Virus record (IMG/VR): IMGVR_UViG_3300043432_000484
Location: 68,755 to 132,754 of that record
Length of the DNA stretch: 64,000 nucleotides
Strand: one strand, 5' to 3'
Source: a virus
Taxonomy: Duplodnaviria; Caudoviricetes
The translations under genes and the position numbers were made by a program. The notes under the pieces were generated by a model, which made no database searches, was not told where the DNA came from, and saw nothing but the letters and a program-made list of their open reading frames with translations. Positions 32,206-40,613 of the stretch are shown piece by piece (the first letter of the stretch is position 1; the number at the start of each line of letters is the position of its first letter).

Positions 32206-33033
32206 TCAAGGACCCGTTACGGTCGCGTTTGCAGAGAACGAGGCACTTCCTGCCATCGTATCGGACGCCGCATACGCGACTTTAGCGGTTGCGCCCATGC
32301 TAGCAGAGCCCGCTATGATTGCAAACTCCACAATGCTCTCAGCAACGTCAGACCCGGCCGGAGGAGCTACCGGTTGCGTTCCGAGCTGAACAATCCCAAT
32401 GGTTCCGGTGAAGTCGCTGAGCCCCAGCCCACCCAAAGACGTCCCTACGTACAAAGACTGCGGAGTGAGCCAGTCCCATGCCGACACCGGACTTGTGGTC
32501 CAGTCAGCCACTTCATTCCCGATCATCATGGAGGCGAACCGGCCTCCGAACACCACGCCTTGGGAGTTCCAGGACAGGGTGAGGGTGAGCGGGACGCCCG
32601 CACCGAGCGCGCCGCCAATGACCTTGGACTGACCAACCGTGGTCCCGTAACGATCCTTGAGAATCGCGTAAGGGCGGTTGCTCGAATCGAGTGCAAGTCC
32701 CAACATAGCGGTGGACGATAGAACAATGAAAACAACCGCTTGGGCAGATCCAGAGGCGCCCGTGGTCAGCGTGACTTTCAAAGCTCCTGAGCGACCAGAA
32801 ATCGACTGGTTGGTGAGGTCAAATACCCCCGTGCCGCGAGTATGAAACGCGCCGCCCGGCAACGCGGGAGCCACGAAATGCTGGCCCATGGTTCCTGTAC
32901 CGTTCACGGGCGCCACCAACCCCACATCCATGATGTAGCCAGTCGGGAATAGAATGGACGCGGACTCTTGCATCGGGGTACCTCGTAGGTACCCAATCAC
33001 AAGATCTTTAGCAAAGTTCTTGTGGTAAACCAT
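32206..33033 (-). CDS. probable virion structural protein (beta-rich, LamG-like)
   Basis: Gly/Thr/Ser-rich composition; LYVG...FTGTI. Confidence 0.55.
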   Translation of the reverse strand: MVYHKNFAKDLVIGYLRGTPMQESASILFPTGYIMDVGLVAPVNGTGTMGQHFVAPALPGGAFHTRGTGVFDLTNQSISGRSGALKVTLTTGASGSAQAVVFIVLSSTAMLGLALDSSNRPYAILKDRYGTTVGQSKVIGGALGAGVPLTLTLSWNSQGVVFGGRFASMMIGNEVADWTTSPVSAWDWLTPQSLYVGTSLGGLGLSDFTGTIGIVQLGTQPVAPPAGSDVAESIVEFAIIAGSASMGATAKVAYAASDTMAGSASFSANATVTGP

Positions 33034-33038
33034 ACTCG

Positions 33039-33653
33039 ATGACCTCCACTTTACCTACCGGCGTCAAAGAGATGCTCCGCCAAGCCTCAAATGCTCCTGT
33101 GGGTCAAGCCTTCACTTGCCAGGTATTCGGAGCGCCTTGGGACGACTTCGTAGAGTTGTGGGCGCCGCGAATTCATGCGTTCGTGCGTGAAGCTCTCGGG
33201 CCGTACGCGGTTAACCCGCTGCCTCTCATCCTACCCATCTCGGATGGCTTCCACGCCTCGGGGGCCAACGCAAGCTTTGCCATGAATGGTCAGATCTGCT
33301 TGGCGACCCACATGAACGGTGACCCGGGGGTGACCCTCGAAAAGCTCACGCATGAGATGGTGCATGCAAGCTTGGCAGCATTCCCCGAAGGCGACCCCTT
33401 CTACGAAGAAGGCATGGCCGCGGATTACGGCACATGGGTGCTCTCTCACGCGCCGTGCTGGGAACCATACCGAGAAGCGATGATCAAAGCCGCGGAGGAC
33501 AACATCCGCAATCGTCGCGAGCGCGCTATGCGAACCCAGACCGATTATGATCGTAAACGGTGGGCAGGTGGGCTCTACGCTTCCGTGGCTTTCGGGCCGT
33601 ACATCATTGCTCGTCTGCGACAGAAGAAACAGGAGGGGGATCTGACTTGGTGA
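33039..33653 (+). CDS. HExxH zinc-metallopeptidase-like protein
   Basis: THEMVH...YEEG. Confidence 0.65.
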   Translation: MTSTLPTGVKEMLRQASNAPVGQAFTCQVFGAPWDDFVELWAPRIHAFVREALGPYAVNPLPLILPISDGFHASGANASFAMNGQICLATHMNGDPGVTLEKLTHEMVHASLAAFPEGDPFYEEGMAADYGTWVLSHAPCWEPYREAMIKAAEDNIRNRRERAMRTQTDYDRKRWAGGLYASVAFGPYIIARLRQKKQEGDLTW

Positions 33654-34260
33654 CCGAGTGCTCGGGCGCCTCATTCCCCCAAACCGCCCATCCGGGCCAT
33701 GCCTCCCTGGCAAACAGCTCCACTCTCGGACGATCTCCCAACAGCTCCACGATCAGGTCCCTGAAGATCGGGGGCTTCCTTGAGTGCTTGGACTGCTTGG
33801 GAGCCAGCACTACTTCAACGGGCCACTCCGGTGGCTGCACTACATGACCATCCCAGTCATGTTCGAACACATGCTGTACCTGGCTCTCTGAAAGCAACGG
33901 GAACACCCTCTCGTTGGGATGGGTAGAGAACACCAGGACCAGCTCGTCTAGGGGCTTGACGAATCTGGGGCGAGGTCCACTCGCCTTGATCGGAGTCCCA
34001 TCCTTCTTGGTTTTGACCCAGATGTAGGAGATCCCTTGGTAGTGGAGCCCATGCCGAACGCGCCACTGCTCCGCGCAACGAAGGGCCAGATCCAACTTGG
34101 GACCGGTGACCCAGCAGAATACCGCGCAGCGCTTGCTCATGAACTGAGACCAATCGAACTCAGAGATTTGCTGCTCGGTCATCTGCTCGTAGGTGAGCTT
34201 CGCTGTTCCGAATGATGTGTACGGCCAAGGGAAGTCCGCGTAGATGATCTCGTACTTCAT
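33604..34260 (-). CDS. MT-A70 family adenine methyltransferase
   Basis: IIYADFPW (DPPW variant), HSRKP, VELFAR, GWAVWGNE. Confidence 0.9.
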   Translation of the reverse strand: MKYEIIYADFPWPYTSFGTAKLTYEQMTEQQISEFDWSQFMSKRCAVFCWVTGPKLDLALRCAEQWRVRHGLHYQGISYIWVKTKKDGTPIKASGPRPRFVKPLDELVLVFSTHPNERVFPLLSESQVQHVFEHDWDGHVVQPPEWPVEVVLAPKQSKHSRKPPIFRDLIVELLGDRPRVELFAREAWPGWAVWGNEAPEHSVTKSDPPPVSSVADEQ

Positions 34261-34262
34261 AG

Positions 34263-34589
34263 TCAGCGCCCCCTCCATGGGATCTCAACATCCAGGCAGG
34301 GGTCATCTTTCAACGCCTCAAGCCGGGTGATCACCTCATCTCTGTACTTCTCCCCGAAGGAGTCTTGCAAGGCTGAGGAAATCTGGGAGATGATCCTTGA
34401 GTGCTTCTTCCCTGCCCGCTTGGACTCACGATACAGAGAAATCCAGCAAGGCGTGATCCCCTTCTCATCTAGCAGCATCAGCAGAACATCCAGAGGGAGC
34501 CCGTTCGTCTCATACTCTCTGTACACGCCGATCACTACGTCCCGCCCATCGGACGTTCGCCCAACCTGACTGATCATCTTCCTGCTCAC
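34263..34589 (-). CDS. hypothetical protein with an AlaRS-like YxTxGxPLD motif
   Basis: VYREYETNGLPLDVL. Confidence 0.6.
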   Translation of the reverse strand: MSRKMISQVGRTSDGRDVVIGVYREYETNGLPLDVLLMLLDEKGITPCWISLYRESKRAGKKHSRIISQISSALQDSFGEKYRDEVITRLEALKDDPCLDVEIPWRGR

Positions 34590-35398
34590 AGATACCTCGC
34601 GAGGCGCTGACGGCAGATCTCGATCGCCTCTGGGTTGTTGTCGATGAGCACGAACTGGCGGCCGTTGCTGGCCGCGGCCTCTCCAGTGGTACCTGAACCG
34701 CAGAAGAAGTCTAGGACTGTGTCTCCGGGATTTGAGTGAACCTTGATGATCCGATTGAGCACACCAAGGGGCTTCTGAGTTGGGTACCCAGTCTTCTCCT
34801 TACCGTTGGTTGGGACGATAGTGTGCCACCAAACATCCGTGGGTGTTTTGCCCCGCTCCGCTTTCTCCTTGGTGACCAACCCAGGAGCCATGTATGGGAT
34901 CCGGTCCATTTCATCGAAGTTGAAGCAGTAGGCCTTAGGATCCATGCAGTACCACAGAATGGTGTCGTGCTTGGCTGGCCATCTGGATTTGGAGCGGGCT
35001 CCGTAATCGTAAGCCCAGATGATCTCGTTCATGAAGTGGTCGCGTCCGAGCAGACGATCGAGCGCTACCTTGATGTAGTGGACCTCTCTGGCATCTAGAT
35101 GAACGAACAGCGAGCCATCCGCGGTGAGACAGGGAAGGGCCGCACTGATTCGTGGGATCAGAAATCCCTCGAAGTCCTCGAATGAGTCCTGGTAGGATCC
35201 GCTGGGAACCTCTTTGGAAAGGTACTGGTGCCCACCGAAACCTTGACGACCCCCTTCCGGGCTCATCTCTACCTTGATCCGGTCCCGCTTCTGGGTGCGT
35301 CCAGTGTTGAACGGGGGATCGATGTAGATCAGCCGAGCCGACGCAGGAGTGAGCTGCGGCAAGATCTCCGCGTTGTCACCAAGGATGATCTGGTTCAC
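34586..35398 (-). CDS. N6/N4 DNA methyltransferase (beta class)
   Basis: DPPF, YPTQKP, DFFCGSGTT. Confidence 0.95.
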   Translation of the reverse strand: MNQIILGDNAEILPQLTPASARLIYIDPPFNTGRTQKRDRIKVEMSPEGGRQGFGGHQYLSKEVPSGSYQDSFEDFEGFLIPRISAALPCLTADGSLFVHLDAREVHYIKVALDRLLGRDHFMNEIIWAYDYGARSKSRWPAKHDTILWYCMDPKAYCFNFDEMDRIPYMAPGLVTKEKAERGKTPTDVWWHTIVPTNGKEKTGYPTQKPLGVLNRIIKVHSNPGDTVLDFFCGSGTTGEAAASNGRQFVLIDNNPEAIEICRQRLARYL

Positions 35399-35415
35399 CC
35401 AGAGAGCTACACCGA

Positions 35416-36222
35416 CTAGCGCAGATCCTGGAAGTTGTCCTTCAGCACCTTGAAGATCTTGGGCTTGATGTGGGAGTTCCAGTTGCGCTCGGTCATCCCC
35501 TGTGCATGGTCCAGCATAGTTGGTATGCCATGCTCCGGGTCACCTACGATCTCCCGATCCTTGTAGCCTTCCAGCAATGACAGCCGAACGTAGCGCTCCG
35601 CATCCGGATGAATGGCATTCAGCTTTGAGCGGACCTTGGGGAGCATGCGCTCGTTGAAGAGCTTCTCGGCCGACGCCTCATCGAAGCTCGGAGTCACATC
35701 GTAGATCGAATGGCTCTCCTCTTCGTCACCCGGACGACCCAACACATCACTCACTTCATGCTTGAGCCGTAGCCGATTGAGTGCTCGATTCTGCATCGCG
35801 CGCAGCACGTAGTTCTGAGCGTGGGTCAGGTCCCAACCCGGCTTCATGTGCTTGGCTTCCTCTTCCAAGAACTTGAGGGCGAAGTCTTGCATCAGTTCTT
35901 CGACCGTTTCCGGGTTGTGGAGCCGTCCCATCAGGATCAGGAAGACCTTCTTTCCAAAGTCGCGCCCGTATCCGTTCGGCAGCCGGTTGGCGATCGGCTT
36001 TCGAGCCAGATCGAACTCGGAGGCAGGCTTGCCGTTGATGTCCGGCATATCGGTGACTCCGCTGTTCAAGAACGCGGCATACATGACCTTGCCGAAAGCA
36101 TCCGTGGTCGAGCTGGCCAGGCGGGACATGAACTCCGCGAGCCGGACCCCAAAGGGCAAAGAGGCCCAGATTTTCCTCCGGGCCTCTGCGGCGGCTAGCA
36201 CCAACTTCGCAATACGTTCCAT
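35416..36222 (-). CDS. ECF-type sigma-factor-like protein
   Basis: VEELMQDFALKFL...YVLRAMQNRALNRLR (region 2); RYVRLSLLEGYKDREIV (region 4). Confidence 0.55.
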   Translation of the reverse strand: MERIAKLVLAAAEARRKIWASLPFGVRLAEFMSRLASSTTDAFGKVMYAAFLNSGVTDMPDINGKPASEFDLARKPIANRLPNGYGRDFGKKVFLILMGRLHNPETVEELMQDFALKFLEEEAKHMKPGWDLTHAQNYVLRAMQNRALNRLRLKHEVSDVLGRPGDEEESHSIYDVTPSFDEASAEKLFNERMLPKVRSKLNAIHPDAERYVRLSLLEGYKDREIVGDPEHGIPTMLDHAQGMTERNWNSHIKPKIFKVLKDNFQDLR

Positions 36223-36253
36223 CACTCCGAGCGGAATGACAAAAGCACTAGTG

Positions 36254-37225
36254 CTAGAAGTCCATCCTGAGTGTCGATAGGACCGCCTTGCGCACGCGGG
36301 GCGGGAGCGCGGCATCCTTGAGGGCTTGGATCAGGCTCTGCCCCTCTTGGAGCTTCCCGAAGATCTCGGCCTCATGTTCTTGGGCGGGCCGGCAATCCGG
36401 CACATCCTCCAGACAGTCAGCCAGGGTTTCTTGGAGGAGTTGGCGAGCCTCGGTCAGCTCCACCATCGTGTCCTGAGAGGACTGGGAGGTGTCCGGGAGG
36501 GTGGCCTCCCAGTGCGTGGTGTCCTCTTGCTGCGCATGAGGAGTATGCGGGCGCTCCTTGTGACGACGCTTCATGGTCCGGCAGAAGTTGGCGTAATGAT
36601 TCAGAACTGCCATCGTGAGGTAGTTTCGGAACTGAGATTGGGTCACCCTAACCTCTGGGATCTTCACATCCCCTTCCGGGCGGTTCTCTGCAACCACCAT
36701 ACCTTCCGAGTCGATCATTCTGCCCATGACCTTGAACGGCTTGCGAAGCACTCCGTTCACCCTCTCCTCCAAAGTGAGCTGAATCACGTCGAAGAAGGAG
36801 AACAAGGCCTGCTTGGAGGCGTACCCTTCAATCCCCCGAGCGCGGAACTCTTCGAGGTTGATCGGGGTCGGCATCCAGCGCCCCCGGCGCCGTTCCACGA
36901 CCTGACCGTCCTCATCGAGCTTCGCTGGGACACCCTTGTGATACGTGCACATCGCGGTGCTCCACTGCTTCCAAGAGATCCCGAGCACATCGCACGCTTC
37001 GATCGCGTTGAGGACCTTTGGTACCTGACGGGCGACGTAATCCTCAAACCTTTCGAGGACTCGGGCTTCGAGAATCTTGACCCAGATGTGACTGTGGAGG
37101 TCCTCGAAATTTCGCTCTACCTTGTTAGATCTATTCAGGAGTTTGTGGATATAGGTGCCGTACTGGCGCTGTAATTCGGTGTAAGTCCTCGGAACAACGA
37201 AACCTTCAGAAGATGATGGCGCCAT
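36254..37225 (-). CDS. sigma-factor-like protein with a large insertion in region 2
   Basis: FEDLHSHIWVKIL ...~145 aa... QFRNYLTMAVLNHYANFCR. Confidence 0.5.
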   Translation of the reverse strand: MAPSSSEGFVVPRTYTELQRQYGTYIHKLLNRSNKVERNFEDLHSHIWVKILEARVLERFEDYVARQVPKVLNAIEACDVLGISWKQWSTAMCTYHKGVPAKLDEDGQVVERRRGRWMPTPINLEEFRARGIEGYASKQALFSFFDVIQLTLEERVNGVLRKPFKVMGRMIDSEGMVVAENRPEGDVKIPEVRVTQSQFRNYLTMAVLNHYANFCRTMKRRHKERPHTPHAQQEDTTHWEATLPDTSQSSQDTMVELTEARQLLQETLADCLEDVPDCRPAQEHEAEIFGKLQEGQSLIQALKDAALPPRVRKAVLSTLRMDF

Positions 37226-37598
37226 ACAATCCTTTGTCAGGGGTTGAAAGCCAGGGTCCTGTAACCGCTGAGCTTTTTGGAGGAAGGGATCCCTACAACA
37301 TAAGTCAGCTAGTTGTCAAATGGAAGTCAGGATACTCTGGAATGTTTTTGCCGGGAGCCGATTATTTCAAGAAGAAGACCAAGAGGGCTCTGGAGTTTCA
37401 CACTTACACCGGCCTCTTAGCTGAACGTGATGACAAGGCGTCGATGTGACAAGGGGATTTCTGCTTTTTTGTCAAACGAAGCTGGGATTCCGGGAGCTGG
37501 GAGACTCGTTACACTCACAGTGGGGGTTTCGTCTACTTGGAGGAAAGTGATCGGTATCGGAGGTACAAGGAGAGCTTCTAGGATCGTGAAAGGAAAAT

Positions 37599-37640
37599 TG
37601 AGAAGAGGTAAACTGAGAGGTAAAGTACTGAGAAGAGGTA
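37599..37640 (+). repeat. short direct repeats TGAG(AAG)AGGTA x3
   Basis: 37599-37610, 37614-37622 and 37629-37640, in a purine-rich divergent intergenic region. Confidence 0.6.
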
Positions 37641-38001
37641 TCTTTTGGGTATTGGAGTCTCTAATTTCAGTCTCTCTGGAGGGGATCCAGGGAAGGTCTT
37701 GTCTTCTCCGAAGAGGGACTCTGTCTCGACCTTTCACGGGCTTACTTCGCCAAGCGCTCTTTTTCCAGGGAGGCAGATCCCCTGAGCGCCCTCCATCACC
37801 ACCTCCCAGTGCTTCTCTGGTTCAATCGGCGGTCACAGCATCCCGCTTGCGCAGGTTAGAGCAGTTGGTTTTTTCATCAGCGGATCCGAGTAAGCTCTCG
37901 GGGCTGTGGACTTTCGTCACGGAACCTGAGTACCGAGGCCAAATTGATGGCCACCGGGACGCTACACCCGAAAACCTGGAGTTGGTGTAGGTAATCGACA
38001 T

Positions 38002-38316
38002 ATGGCCACAACTTTTTTGACCCTCGCCGATGTGCCCGACTCCCCTCGGGTACGAATTGAGCTTCCAGAGCTACGGATCGGCGACCGGCTGGCGCTCCGC
38101 TTCCAGCTCACCAGACAGCATAATGGCCGGCGGGAGGTACTGGACGTTCAGGGGGAGTACCGAGTCACTGGCACGCTGGCAGACACCTCCCATGGGGCTC
38201 CACGCCAAATCCTCCACGTTGAGGCCACCGGCTTGACTCCTTCTTGGAGGGCGGTCAAGAATCAGGTGGCCAAACGTTTAGGTACATGTAGGTTCCCAAG
38301 GACCCCTATTGGCTGA
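38002..38316 (+). CDS. hypothetical protein
   Basis: 104 aa; GGTGTA 12 nt upstream. Confidence 0.6.
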   Translation: MATTFLTLADVPDSPRVRIELPELRIGDRLALRFQLTRQHNGRREVLDVQGEYRVTGTLADTSHGAPRQILHVEATGLTPSWRAVKNQVAKRLGTCRFPRTPIG

Positions 38317-38363
38317 GCAAAATACTGCTTGATTGGTGGAAAGTTCCCGGGTATGAGAGATTC

Positions 38364-38876
38364 ATGACCAATAGTCCGTTGCCCTTCAAACAAGACGTGG
38401 CCAAGCAGTTGCTCCGCAAGGGGTCCCTGTTCATCCACCTCGACCCACGTGTGTCTGATGTGGTGGTACCACCGTGGCTGAGGCATCAAGCTCAGTTGGT
38501 CCTACAAGTCGGTCTGGATATGCAGATTCCCATCTCTGACCTGAGAGTCGACGGGAATGGGATCTTTGGCACGCTTTCGTTCAGCCGAACCCCGTTTGCC
38601 TGCAACATCCCATGGAACTCCATATTCGCCCTCGTAGGTGATGAAGGCCGCGGTATGGTCTATCCGGAGAGCATGCCGCCGGAGATCGTCGCTGAAGTCG
38701 AGCGTGAGGCTGCTCGGTCCAAGATCTCTGGGTTGACCCCCGAGGGAGAACGAGAGGCTCACCGTGCCTCCCCTGCTACCCAGAAGGTCACCGAGCTGAG
38801 CGCAGCGCGCAAGCCGGCAAAGACCAAGACGAAGACAGGGAAGACGATCCCGCCCTGGCTGCGCGTCGTGAAATGA
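38364..38876 (+). CDS. sspB: ClpXP adaptor SspB
   Basis: HLDPR...VVVP...DLRVD...GTLSF...IPW..IFAL; C-terminal LRVVK ClpX-binding motif. Confidence 0.88.
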   Translation: MTNSPLPFKQDVAKQLLRKGSLFIHLDPRVSDVVVPPWLRHQAQLVLQVGLDMQIPISDLRVDGNGIFGTLSFSRTPFACNIPWNSIFALVGDEGRGMVYPESMPPEIVAEVEREAARSKISGLTPEGEREAHRASPATQKVTELSAARKPAKTKTKTGKTIPPWLRVVK

Positions 38877-39103
38877 TCCAAGCCTTCCTTCAAAAGCGCT
38901 GGGGTGGTTTCATCCTTACCACCCGAGAGCGCAAGTACGGACAGACCGTAGCGTGTGGTAGTTGGGAGGCCATGTACGCTGCCCTCCGGTTGTTCAACCC
39001 GCCCAAGAAAGGTGCATGGGCCAACTACCGCCTACAGCTATCTACTCATCCCGCTCCGCTAGAAACCGAAGCACCACCGATTCACTCGCCACCAAAGGGG
39101 TGA
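38873..39103 (+). CDS. hypothetical protein
   Basis: 76 aa, ATGA overlap. Confidence 0.45.
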   Translation: MIQAFLQKRWGGFILTTRERKYGQTVACGSWEAMYAALRLFNPPKKGAWANYRLQLSTHPAPLETEAPPIHSPPKG

Positions 39104-39488
39104 ATTTCTTCAGTTTTTTCCAACGCCTCTGGGGGCTAGGCTCTGGAACCTTCATCTTGGGGACGTCCTTGACCTCTACCACAGGCTTGGCGGGCTTCAC
39201 GAGCTTCTTGGGATCTTGGGGGCGCACCGGTGCTGGAGGAGGATCCCTAGGGACCTCAGGCTTCTGGGGTCGGGCGGGGCGCTTGGGTGGTTTGGGCTTC
39301 CCACGCCAGCGCGGGTCACCGGCGTGGTCCGGCTGAATCTTCTGGAACTGCCCGGGATCATTCTCTAGTGTCTCGGGGTTGACATACACGGTCCTACCGG
39401 TGTCACTCTCGGTGTTCTTGACAGGTACCCCCTTGGTCCGGGGTTTGTATGCCTGGTTCTCCACCCTTAGGGTTTTTGATAGGAGCAA
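39042..39488 (-). CDS. Pro/Lys-rich hypothetical protein
   Basis: low-complexity PK-rich ORF; start uncertain. Confidence 0.5.
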   Translation of the reverse strand: MLLSKTLRVENQAYKPRTKGVPVKNTESDTGRTVYVNPETLENDPGQFQKIQPDHAGDPRWRGKPKPPKRPARPQKPEVPRDPPPAPVRPQDPKKLVKPAKPVVEVKDVPKMKVPEPSPQRRWKKLKKFTPLVASESVVLRFLAERDE

Positions 39489-39513
39489 GAACTACTCATG
39501 CTCGAACAGGAGT

Positions 39514-40041
39514 GTGGCAAACAGCTTCTTCCCGGCTCTGCAGAAAGTCCTACAGAACCCTCTGGTGAGGTGGTTGAATCGCGGGCTTCTGGTAGCGGCG
39601 ACCGTGGTCATCACCAAAGTGATCTGGCCGATCGGCACGGAATGGATCGCAACTCGCGCCAGCGTAGACGCTGTGGAGAAGATCACCAAGGGCAACAAGG
39701 ATGGGATCCTAAAGGTCACCACTCGGGTAGATGCCTTGGAGCAGAGCCACACCATCAACTACGACAACCTGAATGCAGCCGGAAACGACACTGGCCACCT
39801 GAATGAGGGTGAGCAGGTTCAATGGGCTGTAGCTCACGTCAAGCAGCTTCAGCAGCGCATGATCATGGAGACACGAGCCCGAGTAGGGTTCGAGGTCCTG
39901 ATGCAGATGCCTAACCCGAAGTCCGCTAGAGCGCGGCGTGCAGCCACTCTGGTTCGGATCAAGTTCGACGAACTCATTCAAAAAGGCGAAGAGCCAGAGA
40001 TCGCGGCACAGAAATCCCTGGACTACATCTGGGGCGGCTAA
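39514..40041 (+). CDS. membrane-anchored coiled-coil protein
   Basis: one TM segment then a helical region; start uncertain. Confidence 0.55.
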   Translation: MANSFFPALQKVLQNPLVRWLNRGLLVAATVVITKVIWPIGTEWIATRASVDAVEKITKGNKDGILKVTTRVDALEQSHTINYDNLNAAGNDTGHLNEGEQVQWAVAHVKQLQQRMIMETRARVGFEVLMQMPNPKSARARRAATLVRIKFDELIQKGEEPEIAAQKSLDYIWGG

Positions 40042-40598
40042 CCTGGGTCCTCTTCGTGTAGATGCTTCCAGATGTCCATGACTTTGGTATTGGGGTTGAG
40101 ATCCAGGCGTAACTCATCTAGGACTTTGGCCGCCTGTCTCTCTGTGATGCCCCGGACAGTCAGATCGAACAAGGAAGGATCTTTCCCATTGGGATTCAGC
40201 TCCATCGGAGGCAAACCTTTCGTGCCACCACTTTGGCGCTTGATCTGTCCCCAAATCGAGTTCAGCCTCTGCCTACCGCGAGCAGCTTCACCACGGCGTT
40301 CCGCTTCTTCTCCTACGATGTGGACCGCATAATCCGCCACGTGTTCGATCATGAACCACCCTTGGCTGGTTTCCTTGAACACGCGAGGCTTGGTGTTCAA
40401 AGTCTGAACGATCAGGTTGTGGCGTCCGGTGTCGCGCACTGCACGCATCCGAAATGCGCACCAATCCAAACCAATGTTGAGTGTGCGGCCGTAGAAGATC
40501 TCATGGCCGTCATCTTCGTATAGGCACAGATACCGGGTGCGTATCTGGATCGCATCACGGATTGCATCCTCTAGGGCTTTGGTGCGGCTCAGATCCAT
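40038..40598 (-). CDS. hypothetical protein
   Basis: 186 aa. Confidence 0.6.
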   Translation of the reverse strand: MDLSRTKALEDAIRDAIQIRTRYLCLYEDDGHEIFYGRTLNIGLDWCAFRMRAVRDTGRHNLIVQTLNTKPRVFKETSQGWFMIEHVADYAVHIVGEEAERRGEAARGRQRLNSIWGQIKRQSGGTKGLPPMELNPNGKDPSLFDLTVRGITERQAAKVLDELRLDLNPNTKVMDIWKHLHEEDPG

Positions 40599-40613
40599 GG
40601 CCGCCCTTCTGGA

